DNA of 64,000 nucleotides from Spirochaetales bacterium (GTDB taxonomy: Bacteria; Spirochaetota; Spirochaetia; SZUA-6), in NCBI GenBank assembly GCA_027021365.1, contig JALUUM010000022.1, positions 19,150-83,149 on the forward strand, written 5' to 3'. The translations under genes were made by a program, and so were the position numbers. The notes under the pieces were generated by a model, which worked only from the letters and a program-made list of their open reading frames with translations, was not told where the DNA came from and did not search any database. Below are positions 38,030-46,767 of this stretch, one piece after another. How positions within the stretch are numbered: position 1 is the stretch's first letter; each line of letters opens with the position of its first letter.

Positions 38030-38566
38030 TTGATACGGGATATCTGGCAAAAATTGATAAACAATGCGATTCTCTGGGCGCCAAAGCTTCTCGGATCAAT
38101 ATTGATATTTGCCGCCTTTTACCTCACTTCAAAAGTAGTAAAGAAGATCATAAGAAGGGCGGGAGAGCGTTTCAACTTTGCAGACAGCATTACCTCCCTG
38201 ATAATCAGAACTAGTAACGTTACACTGATAATCTTCGGTCTCATTACAGCACTTGGAACTATTGGCGTAAATGTATCTGCTCTTGCCGCAGGTATAGGCT
38301 TGACAGGATTTGCCCTTGGTTTTGCCCTTAAAGATACAATAGCCAACCTTCTCTCCGGTGTGCTGATACTTTTGTATCGTCCCTTCGAAACGGGGGACCA
38401 CATAAAGATAGCTGGATACGAGGGAAGGGTAATCTCGATTGATCTACGATATACAAAGCTCGATTCGGAAGAACGGAAAATACTCATTCCCAATTCCAAA
38501 TTGTTTACCGATCCGATCACGGTGGTTAGAAGTAATGCAAACGGGGCAGATGAGGTGGAGGATTAA
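38030..38566 (+). CDS. Small-conductance mechanosensitive channel (MscS family)
   Basis: Three TM helices plus MscS beta-domain motifs (LLYRPFETGDHIKIAGYEGRVISIDLRYTKLDSEERKILIPNSKLF). Confidence 0.75.
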   Translation: MIRDIWQKLINNAILWAPKLLGSILIFAAFYLTSKVVKKIIRRAGERFNFADSITSLIIRTSNVTLIIFGLITALGTIGVNVSALAAGIGLTGFALGFALKDTIANLLSGVLILLYRPFETGDHIKIAGYEGRVISIDLRYTKLDSEERKILIPNSKLFTDPITVVRSNANGADEVED

Positions 38567-39746
38567 TTAAAACGAACCTTCCGATTCTGCTTTCAATGGC
38601 CTTGTACCATTCGGAGATCTGCAGAACATTTATCACGTTTCCGAGAGGAGCCCACACAACGAGCCTGTTTTCGATGAAGGCTATTCTTTCCAAGAAAAGA
38701 TTTGCCTCGGTGTTTCCTTCCAGGGGAATCGAGCCAGCCTCCTTTCCGTTCTCAATATCCAAGAACGATATTTTGTTTCTGTTCAGCACGGTAAGGAACC
38801 TGCTATCGGGAGTAAATGAAACTGCTCGAAAATCTTGTTCTGCCCCGAAGGTACTGTAAAGGATAACCCCATTTTCAGTGTCATACAGGCAGAGAAAACC
38901 CTTCAACATCGATGGCTTTGAAGGCTCGTTTACCCTTAAGGCCAGGGCAACCATGTGTTTGCCAGGAGCATACGTTATATCGCGAATATGGTAGGTACCC
39001 TCAGGCAGAGGGAGCTCCCCTGTGGTTTTCATGTCGGGTAGAGAAAACATTTCAAGCTTTTTTATATATTTTGCTTCTCCTGTTTCATCGGGAGAAAAGC
39101 CTAAGCACCACTTTCCATCGGGGTCAATGAGGAGAGGAGAAAAACCTGTTCCGCCTCTCAGATTCCCTTTTGAAAGGTCATAACTCCATTTACCTGATAT
39201 GATAAGATTCCTCTTCATATCAAGAAGTATCGGGTCTCCCGGGTTGCACCCCGTGTCTAATAGATTGATCTCCTTCAATAGCAGACCCTTTTCTATATCC
39301 AGTATTACAAGTGAAACATCCTTGAAACCCTCCCATTCCGCTTCTCTGTACTTTACTACAGCCAGTTTCCCTGATGGAAGAAAGATCATCTTCCCGATTC
39401 CGCCTTCTATGCCAATTGAAGTGATCTTGATGAAAGAGGGAAGTTTGAATATCATGATGCTACCACTGTCGCTGTTTCCGATTGCAAGTTTGCCGGTAGC
39501 CATGTCGAATGTCTCGATTTCAGCATTAAAAGGCAATCTTTCTTTAAAATATCCGGTTTTATCGGAAACACTAATTTCAATGTTTGCAGGTTCACCATCG
39601 ACTGGTTTTTCGTAAGAATATCCTGGACCGGTGTGCTCTTCTCCTGTAACCAAGGGGGAATATTCTGCCAGGATTGAAAGGACAGCGAAACTCAAAATTG
39701 ATACTATCCCGGCTCTCATGGAAGGTTTTTCCCCTGTTTGAATCAT
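38526..39746 (-). CDS. Beta-propeller (WD40/PQQ-like) secreted protein, hypothetical
   Basis: 406-aa ORF with repeated beta-strand blades. The signal peptide probably begins at the internal Met (MRAGIVSILSFAVLSILA). The 3' end overlaps the MscS gene 3' end convergently by 41 nt. Confidence 0.5.
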   Translation of the reverse strand: MIQTGEKPSMRAGIVSILSFAVLSILAEYSPLVTGEEHTGPGYSYEKPVDGEPANIEISVSDKTGYFKERLPFNAEIETFDMATGKLAIGNSDSGSIMIFKLPSFIKITSIGIEGGIGKMIFLPSGKLAVVKYREAEWEGFKDVSLVILDIEKGLLLKEINLLDTGCNPGDPILLDMKRNLIISGKWSYDLSKGNLRGGTGFSPLLIDPDGKWCLGFSPDETGEAKYIKKLEMFSLPDMKTTGELPLPEGTYHIRDITYAPGKHMVALALRVNEPSKPSMLKGFLCLYDTENGVILYSTFGAEQDFRAVSFTPDSRFLTVLNRNKISFLDIENGKEAGSIPLEGNTEANLFLERIAFIENRLVVWAPLGNVINVLQISEWYKAIESRIGRFVLINPPPHLPRLHYF

Positions 39747-39798
39747 AGTTCATCATATGTCTGTTTTCAAGGATACCTGTGACCATGGCAGCAATGAA

Positions 39799-40197
39799 TC
39801 AGTTCTTTTTCTTTTTTAATTCCGGATACTTCCTCATACTATCTACGTAATGCATTATTGCGAGGTAGGGATGGGTTAGCATGATTCTCGGACCGGAATA
39901 CCTCATTACCTCTCTTACCCTCTCTCTCATTTCTCTGCTGTAACAGTGTATCCTGCATTTGTTACAAACCGGTTTGTTTTTTCCGTAGGGGCAATTCTCG
40001 GTTCTCTTTATGGCATAATCGAGAAGTTTCCTGTAATTTTCGCAGTGCGCTTCACTGCCTTCGGTTTTGAACTGTTTGCAGTATATCTCTATAAGGACTG
40101 CGAGGGTCTTTTTTTCTCTCCTGATCCTCGGTGATTCTTTTATCTTTGTGCTGTCTATTCTCGCAGGCTTTTTGAAGTTTCTGTTCTCCTGTTCCAT
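39799..40197 (-). CDS. 'Nitrous-oxide-stimulated promoter' family (YgbA-like) Cys-rich small protein
   Basis: Conserved spaced cysteines and family-typical segments (HCENYRKLLDYAIKRTENCPYGKNKPVCNKCRIHCY...MRYSGPRIMLTHPYLAIMHY). Start chosen at ATG 40197 (MEQENR), which has an AGAGGA RBS; the track start at 40236 is in frame. Confidence 0.55.
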   Translation of the reverse strand: MEQENRNFKKPARIDSTKIKESPRIRREKKTLAVLIEIYCKQFKTEGSEAHCENYRKLLDYAIKRTENCPYGKNKPVCNKCRIHCYSREMRERVREVMRYSGPRIMLTHPYLAIMHYVDSMRKYPELKKKKN

Positions 40198-40312
40198 GTG
40201 GTATTCCTCTGTATTATTTAGAAATATAATAGTCAATTATTAATTGAATGTCGATAGGAAACTTTTATTATTTGGTAATAAATTAGAGTGTTTGACCCGG
40301 ATGAAAAGTGTA

Positions 40313-41560
40313 TCAGGCTCCCTTTTTAAGCCTGCTTCCCATCATGTTCAACTTGTACATTCTTATAGTATCGGGCATGAGCACTTTGCCCAGAGGTGAT
40401 GCGAAGTAAAGGGCATCCTCGGGACACTGCACGATGCAGGCGCTGCACTGGACGCATCTCTCTGATCCCGTGATTACCGCTTTTCTCCCCTCGATTGAAA
40501 AACAGTTTCTAGGACAGACATCAACACAGATTCCGCAACCGGTGCACCTTTCCCGATCCAGCATCACCTTGAGTAGCCTTTCCTCGTGAAGGCCACTCTT
40601 GTATACAGGTGTGCTTCCCATGAGGTCTATATTTACGAGAAGCATCATTGAAAGGGAGACAAAGCCCCAGCGGAGAAGAAGTGACAGTGACAATGTTCCC
40701 GCGGCAAGTGAATACGGTAAAACACCGAGCATGAAGACTAGCCAGAGAATCAACGATACCCAGCCAATGTTGAACAGGACCGTGTACTTGCTTATTCCCA
40801 GTTTCCCCGAAAGAGGTCTGCCAACATGAGGTTCCTTGGAAGGGCCCGGATAAGACCCGTAAGATCCGTAGTTTCCGTAAAATCCGTGATTCTTTCCTTT
40901 TTTCCCGGTCAAAAGCCCGGAATAGAGGGGAAAGGTAATAAAGACGAAGAGTGGTACTATCCAGGAAGCAGCCACGGTAAGAATCAGCATTTGCCTCCAG
41001 AAGATGTAGGTCAGCAAGGCAAGGATAAGGGAAAAGGGAAACGCCCACATGACTGCCATTTCGAGCCTGTGGAGCAGGGGAAACTTTACCATTCGCATGT
41101 TGGCATCCTTCCTGTGACCGTCCTCGAGAATTTGCGTAAACCGTGGTATGTCCTTTGCATGGACCGGTCCCCAGATAACATGCCAACCGGTTTTTTTTCT
41201 TACAACACCTGCCTCTATTCCAGCCGCAGCAAGCTGCGGGAATATCACCCTTCGGTGATCCACCAGTTGTTCGATTCCACTCGTTTTCAAAACGGAAACT
41301 GCCGAGTGGTTGGACAGGTGGCCTCCCGTAGATGCGCACCACACGTTGATTCCATTGCTGTTTGCCACCAAGAGATAGCAATCCATCCCCTCGAGAGCTT
41401 TTTTCACCCTCTCGACGCTGACTGCATAGTTGCAGGTTAGAAAAACCGGTGATGACCTGTCCGGGTTCCCGATCTTTCTCAGGCCCGTCTTTGCAGGCAG
41501 AGGAAATCCTCTAAGAAGGGTACCCACGATATTTATGAAGAAATATTTCAACGAAGGCAT
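40313..41560 (-). CDS. Fused HgcA-like corrinoid-binding domain + multi-TM domain + C-terminal 2x[4Fe-4S] ferredoxin (HgcB-like): a fused HgcAB-type paralog
   Basis: N-terminal CFeSP/HgcA cap-helix region GINVWCASTGGH (compare canonical NVWCA[AGS]GK), VIFPQLAAAGIEA and VIWGPVHAKDIPRF. A central run of about 5 TM helices contains a Gly/Tyr-rich loop. The C-terminus has CTGCGICVDVCP and CVQCSACIVQCP ferredoxin motifs. The 286-aa ORF at 40521-41381 is an out-of-frame shadow. Confidence 0.7.
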   Translation of the reverse strand: MPSLKYFFINIVGTLLRGFPLPAKTGLRKIGNPDRSSPVFLTCNYAVSVERVKKALEGMDCYLLVANSNGINVWCASTGGHLSNHSAVSVLKTSGIEQLVDHRRVIFPQLAAAGIEAGVVRKKTGWHVIWGPVHAKDIPRFTQILEDGHRKDANMRMVKFPLLHRLEMAVMWAFPFSLILALLTYIFWRQMLILTVAASWIVPLFVFITFPLYSGLLTGKKGKNHGFYGNYGSYGSYPGPSKEPHVGRPLSGKLGISKYTVLFNIGWVSLILWLVFMLGVLPYSLAAGTLSLSLLLRWGFVSLSMMLLVNIDLMGSTPVYKSGLHEERLLKVMLDRERCTGCGICVDVCPRNCFSIEGRKAVITGSERCVQCSACIVQCPEDALYFASPLGKVLMPDTIRMYKLNMMGSRLKKGA

Positions 41561-41589
41561 TGTTCACCTCCCTCATCCGTCAACTTCTT

Positions 41590-42258
41590 TCAATGACTCC
41601 CGGGATTCCGCGCAATGATCTCTGTAAAACTTTCCATACCATTCATGTTGATACTTTCCACGGCGAACCCCGCTTCTTCAATCTGTAGGGCCGGTTCTCT
41701 TAAACTTTTCGTTGTCGTACCCGTAATGAGGTATGTAACGATGACCAGCGGAAGCCTTATAAGGGCATAAACGAATCGCTTTACCAAATTCTTCGGAACT
41801 GTTTCATCGGCTATTAGCAACAGGCCGCCCGGCTTTATTATCCTCCTTAGCTCTCGAAGTGTAAAGCGAATCTCATCCTGGCTCAATTCGGAAAAGCACA
41901 GGGTACTCGTTGCAGCATCGTAACTGCCTTCACTCACTGAGGAAAGTTCTGCAACACCCATCTCTGAAAACTCGACATTTTCTTTCAGTTCTTCCGGCAT
42001 ATCGGACTGCTTAAGGCGTTTTTTTGCAATTTCAAGCATCGCCGGGTTGATGTCTATTCCTCTTACCAGGGCTCCTCTCTCTGCCATCCGAATGGAAAGA
42101 AGCCCTGTGCCGCAGCCAATGTCTAATACCTTCATACCGCATTTGATATGAGAGGCAATTCTGTCGTATGCCGGTTTTATACGTCCCAATGTTACAACGG
42201 ATATTCCCATATCATACCGCTCTGGGGAAGACTCGAGTATTCTCATAAGTACATACAT
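41590..42258 (-). CDS. Class I SAM-dependent methyltransferase
   Basis: Motif I VLDIGCGTGLLSIRMAERG, acidic post-I residue (GIDIN), and motif II/III IKPGGLLLIADE. It lies 30 bp upstream of, and is co-oriented with, the HgcAB-like gene. Confidence 0.8.
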   Translation of the reverse strand: MYVLMRILESSPERYDMGISVVTLGRIKPAYDRIASHIKCGMKVLDIGCGTGLLSIRMAERGALVRGIDINPAMLEIAKKRLKQSDMPEELKENVEFSEMGVAELSSVSEGSYDAATSTLCFSELSQDEIRFTLRELRRIIKPGGLLLIADETVPKNLVKRFVYALIRLPLVIVTYLITGTTTKSLREPALQIEEAGFAVESINMNGMESFTEIIARNPGSH

Positions 42259-42383
42259 TGTGATTCTCCTGATTTATTATAGCACCTGTTGTTTGATTAT
42301 AAAAAACTATTTTTTTAAATTATTTTATTTATTCCAATTTTATGATATACTTATTTAGTAATAATTATTCTTAAGGAATTAGT

Positions 42384-44513
42384 ATGAAAGATAGTATAAA
42401 AATCATTTTCTTTATTTACCTCCTTCTGATGCTTCTAATACTTCCGTTGACTCTGTTTTCTCAGGCCTCGGATAGGAACTATTCAACTCTTACATTTTCG
42501 ATGAGTCCCAGATACGAACTTCCGCTGTTTACGGACTCGACACGCTTTGGAAACGGATTGTCAGGTGACTTTACAATTTCATACAAGCCGCCAATAGCTT
42601 TTCCCATTCATGTAAGCTTGAATTTGGGCTATACATACCTGCCTCTGAAACTTTCCTGGGCTAACCCCATACACAATATACTGGCCGGAGTCGGTGTTGG
42701 TGTGGATTTCAGGTTCCTCGGGAGAATAGCAGCAGACCTGTACGTGAGAGGTGGCTATTACGAGGGAATCCTTGAGAATCTGAAGGGTGAAATAATCTAC
42801 GGGGGAAACCCATACATCGATGCCGGGGGAGGTCTGTCCTTCTATCTGTCGCCCCGTCTTCGCATGGGAATGGGCTCTTCCTACAGGCAGCTCTTCGGGA
42901 AACCCGACGATTTTCTAAGAAGTGTGGGTTTCTATGTGGGTACCTCCTACAGAATTCCGCTAAGCGGTTCCATCGATATTGCCCCCGCAGAAACGAAACC
43001 AGCAAGGCTCAGGATATTGAAAGTTAATTTTGATGATATTTTTCCTGTCTTTTACAAGTACTACGATGACCACCCAATCGGAAAAATTACGGTGGAAAAC
43101 GGAGAGGAGAGTAAAATAGATGATATAAAGGTCTCTTTTTATATAAAGCAGTACATGGATAATCCCAAGACATACAGAGTGGAAGGTCCCATAGAAAGAG
43201 GAGAAAAGCGGGATATAGACCTCTTTGCCCTTTTCAACGAGAGGGTGCTTACCATTACGGAAGGTGCCAAGGTTTCATCGGAACTCGTAATAGATTACCG
43301 CATCAAGGGACTGGAAAAGAGAAAAACAATGATAAGTACAGTATCGATACAGAACAGGAATGCCTCCATCTGGGATGATGACAGGAGAGCTGCGGCATTC
43401 GTTACGGCACGGGATCCCCTTGTTCTGAAGCTGGGTAAGAACCTTGCCGGAGTCATTAGAAACCAGCCGGTCGGAGTTCTCGGAAAGAATCTTATGCTCA
43501 CATTGGCCATACACAATGCACTATCAATGTATGGAATGACATATATCGTAGATCCGAATACCCCGTACAGGGAATTTCATGAAAAGAAACAGGCAATAGA
43601 TTTTCTCCAGTTTCCCAGGCAGACCCTGGAATACAAGGCAGGAGATTGCGACGACCTTTCCATACTGTATGCCGCTTTGCTCGAGGCGTTGAGTATCAAT
43701 ACGGCCTTTATTACTGCACCGGGACACATTTACATAGCCGTCGATCTTGGTATGACTCCTTCCCAGGCAAATGCTATTTTTTACAATACCGATGACCTTA
43801 TTATTCGAAACGGTAAGGTCTGGTTTCCCTTCGAGGTTACCATGGTTCAGGAGGATTTCATAAAGGCATGGCAGGAGGGTGCAAGAGAATGGCGAAAGTA
43901 CACACCCCTCGGTAAGACTGGCTTCTACCCCGTTTCCGAGGCCTGGAAGGTTTTCGAGCCGGTTGGGCTTCCGGGCGAAACTCCCGGTATCGAGTTCCCG
44001 CCCATGGAGAAGGTGAAGGTTGCTTTTACGGCAGACATCAAGAGGGTCATAGAGAAAGAGATTGTGAACAAGGTTAAGGACCTGGAAAGCAGAATTGCAA
44101 AGAGCGGAAACAATCCCAGGTTGATAAACAAACTGGGAATACTATACGCACGCTACGGGCTGTATGATAAGGCAGAGAAACAGTTCCTTAAGATAATGGA
44201 GAAGTCTGGATACAGAGGGATAGCTCTGGTAAATGTTGGTAACATCAGGTACAAGAAGGGCGATTACAAGGGAGCTTTAAGGTATTACGAAAAGGCACGT
44301 GTAGCCCTGGCCGATGATCCGAAGGTACTCTTAAATATTGCAAGGGCCAGGTACCAGCTTGGTAACTATGAACAATCGCGCAAGCTGTATGATCGTGTGA
44401 AATTAATATCACCGGCCCTTGTAAAGGGTTACGAATACCTGGGAACGGGAAGCAAATCTTCCTCACGTGCAGCAAGTGCGGAGGAGAGAGGGAGTGTACT
44501 ATGGCAGGAATAG
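42384..44513 (+). CDS. Transglutaminase-like cysteine-protease-fold domain protein with C-terminal TPR repeats (secreted)
   Basis: Signal/TM N-terminus and a beta-rich N-terminal domain. The transglutaminase-like core is LEYKAGDCDDLSILYAALLEALSINTAFITAPGHIYIAVD (Cys...His). TPRs lie near the C-terminus (LGILYARYGLYDKAEKQF...). It is a paralog of 60782-63688. Confidence 0.7.
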   Translation: MKDSIKIIFFIYLLLMLLILPLTLFSQASDRNYSTLTFSMSPRYELPLFTDSTRFGNGLSGDFTISYKPPIAFPIHVSLNLGYTYLPLKLSWANPIHNILAGVGVGVDFRFLGRIAADLYVRGGYYEGILENLKGEIIYGGNPYIDAGGGLSFYLSPRLRMGMGSSYRQLFGKPDDFLRSVGFYVGTSYRIPLSGSIDIAPAETKPARLRILKVNFDDIFPVFYKYYDDHPIGKITVENGEESKIDDIKVSFYIKQYMDNPKTYRVEGPIERGEKRDIDLFALFNERVLTITEGAKVSSELVIDYRIKGLEKRKTMISTVSIQNRNASIWDDDRRAAAFVTARDPLVLKLGKNLAGVIRNQPVGVLGKNLMLTLAIHNALSMYGMTYIVDPNTPYREFHEKKQAIDFLQFPRQTLEYKAGDCDDLSILYAALLEALSINTAFITAPGHIYIAVDLGMTPSQANAIFYNTDDLIIRNGKVWFPFEVTMVQEDFIKAWQEGAREWRKYTPLGKTGFYPVSEAWKVFEPVGLPGETPGIEFPPMEKVKVAFTADIKRVIEKEIVNKVKDLESRIAKSGNNPRLINKLGILYARYGLYDKAEKQFLKIMEKSGYRGIALVNVGNIRYKKGDYKGALRYYEKARVALADDPKVLLNIARARYQLGNYEQSRKLYDRVKLISPALVKGYEYLGTGSKSSSRAASAEERGSVLWQE

Positions 44514-45862
44514 AGAAGGTGAAAAGGGGAAGTTTTTTTGGTTATTGGGCCGGACTGATCCTTCTTTCGGGGATCCTTCTGGCAGCCCTGACAGGCTGTG
44601 ACAATCCCCTGCAGGGCTATATAGATACGTATCTCTACGGAGAACCCTACAACCTCGAGGTGGCAAAGCTTGTAATAGATGGTGCAGCTAATTACGGTTT
44701 CTCCGTTGCAATAGATGGTGACTATATGGTGGTGGGAGCACCTGCAGAGTGGGATAATACAACACATGATGAGGCGGTGTATGTGTATCACAGAAAGAGT
44801 ATCGATGCATGGGATGCCGGTGTCAAGCTTCAACCGCCTGACTGGAAGGCCGGTGACAATTTCGGATTTTCAGTTGCAATCAAGGGAGACTTTATTGCAA
44901 TTGGAGCTCCTTTCAAGGAGGTCGTAGACTCGACAGGCACAGCACAGTCAGCGGCAGGGGCTGTGTATATTTACAAGAGAACGGGTACCAACTCCTGGGA
45001 GCTGGATTCGGAGATAACGAAGAAGGATCAATGGTCTACTGCCTTCGGTTACGATGCGGTGGATCATGACCTTTTCGGTTACTCCCTGGATATGGAGGGA
45101 TCCTGGCTCTTCATTGGGGCCCCTCAGGATGACCTTGGGGGTGGTCTCTCTGACAACTATGGGGCAGTGTTTGTATTCAAGTACTCAGGTAACTGGGTTT
45201 TTGAGGAGGGTCTTACAGCAAAACAGGATAAAAAGATAAATGCACACTTTGGTCGATCAATCGATGCATATTCAGACACCCTGGTTGTTGGTGCCTCCTT
45301 TGAGGGTATAGGGGGAAACAGCAGGGTAGGTGCCGTTTATACCTTTGGATTTGTCGTGGATGGTTGGGTGAACAAGGAGAGGATAACTTCTCCCGACGGT
45401 GAGGCAATGGATTATTTTGGAGAGAGTGTATCTGTGACGAATGATTTTCTCGCAGTAGGGGCTCCCGTTAAGACAATGGGCGGTAAGTCATTTGCAGGTA
45501 AGGTGTATGTATTCGTTAAATCTGATGCCGGCAGCTGGAATACCCAACCGGCAGAATTTACCCTCACCGACCCGAATGACAACGACATGTATGGTCTGGC
45601 CGTGGCGATAAGCGGGGATGTCCTGATAGCTGGGAGTCTCTTACGTGACAACGGTGATACGGCGGATACTGGTGCTGCATACCTCTACAAGAATGCCACC
45701 GGAACGAATACCTGGGAACTTCAGAAGACCCTCATTCCCTCGGATGCGGTTACCGGCAGCTATTTTGGCAAGTCTATTGCAATCGGTGATACCTACACGA
45801 TCATAGGGGCCGCGCATTACGCAGATTATACGACAAACGGGAGCATCTACATCTTCAGGTAA
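44501..45862 (+). CDS. FG-GAP repeat (integrin-alpha-like beta-propeller) lipoprotein
   Basis: Lipobox LAALTGCDN. There are seven or more repeats of the form FG.SVAI.GD....GAP......G.VY.Y. It overlaps the upstream gene by 13 nt. Confidence 0.7.
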   Translation: MAGIEKVKRGSFFGYWAGLILLSGILLAALTGCDNPLQGYIDTYLYGEPYNLEVAKLVIDGAANYGFSVAIDGDYMVVGAPAEWDNTTHDEAVYVYHRKSIDAWDAGVKLQPPDWKAGDNFGFSVAIKGDFIAIGAPFKEVVDSTGTAQSAAGAVYIYKRTGTNSWELDSEITKKDQWSTAFGYDAVDHDLFGYSLDMEGSWLFIGAPQDDLGGGLSDNYGAVFVFKYSGNWVFEEGLTAKQDKKINAHFGRSIDAYSDTLVVGASFEGIGGNSRVGAVYTFGFVVDGWVNKERITSPDGEAMDYFGESVSVTNDFLAVGAPVKTMGGKSFAGKVYVFVKSDAGSWNTQPAEFTLTDPNDNDMYGLAVAISGDVLIAGSLLRDNGDTADTGAAYLYKNATGTNTWELQKTLIPSDAVTGSYFGKSIAIGDTYTIIGAAHYADYTTNGSIYIFR

Positions 45863-45984
45863 GCTTGCAGTCAGGGTTTAAGTTTTACCTTGCCTTTGTA
45901 TTACTTATTTAGTAATATTTATTACAGGAAGGTTGATATAAAAGTTCTGACCAAGGCAAGGTCACTACCAATGCACGGGCCCGG

Positions 45985-46640
45985 TTGTCACCTCGTAAAC
46001 CACATTTGATTTTTTTATTTTTCCTGGGTCTTTTCTCACCTTTTTCATTTTTCTTACTTTTCTCGCTTGTCGCATGTACTTCGGAGAATCTGAAGGAAAA
46101 ATTCGACGACGAGATAAAAACAACACCCGACGGGGTCAAGTACATTGTCGATTCTTCCAAATTTCTAAGTGGAGGTCCTCCGAAGGATGGGATACCCTCG
46201 ATCGATTATCCGGAGTTTATTTCACCGGCAGAAGCGGATAAGTGGCTCGAGGACAATGAGCTAGTTCCCGTATTTAAACACAGGGGAGTAACAAGGGTCT
46301 ATCCCTTTCAGATCATCCTTTGGCATGAGATAGTGAACGATACGGTAGGAGGTGATCCCATACTTATTACCTACTGCCCCCTCTGCGGTTCCGGTATTGC
46401 CTACAACCGGGTACTGAATGGGAAGGCAGCGACCTTTGGAACGACAGGATAGCTCTAAATTCAAACCTCGTAATGTAGGACAGGAAGACTGATACCTACT
46501 GTTCACAGATGGACTGATGGGCAATTTACGGAAAACTTACCGGTCAGCGTTTTAAAACCGCTTCCCCCATGGAAGCTACTATACATCGGATATGCTGGTC
46601 TATTCAAATTGATTGGAATTGCTCTTCCTGATAGTATAAT
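45985..46640 (+). pseudogene. DUF3179-family gene disrupted by a frameshift and in-frame stop codons
   Basis: The intact ORF 45985-46452 carries DUF3179 motifs (GGPPKDGIPSIDYPEF...ILWHEIVNDTVGGDPILITYCPLCGSGIAY). After a +2 frame shift, downstream sequence reads IALNSNLVM*DRKTDTYCSQMD*WAIYGKLTGQRFKTA. That still matches the family's conserved LYNSNLVMYDR...WSQ...G.LTG segment but is interrupted by TAG and TGA codons. Confidence 0.55.
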
Positions 46641-46767
46641 ATATCAAGATGTTCCGGAGCCATTGCCGGTTTCTTTCGCTGCCCGTAGGTTTTACTTACC
46701 TTTAGTATTGGTAGAATACAGGTGATTGGAATATCTGAAAGATTTTTTTGGGAGGTAATTATCAAAA

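Noticed and set aside
40521-41381. 286-aa minus-strand ORF in an alternative frame inside the HgcAB-like gene
   Set aside because: It is out of frame with a gene that has clear domain motifs. It has a Pro/Arg/Gly-rich low-complexity translation and no recognisable motifs, so it is a shadow ORF.
46453-46640. Possible programmed stop-codon readthrough or selenocysteine (TGA) in the DUF3179 gene
   Set aside because: Both TAG and TGA interrupt the frame and a +2 frameshift is also needed. No SECIS-like hairpin is apparent. Pseudogenisation is the simpler explanation.
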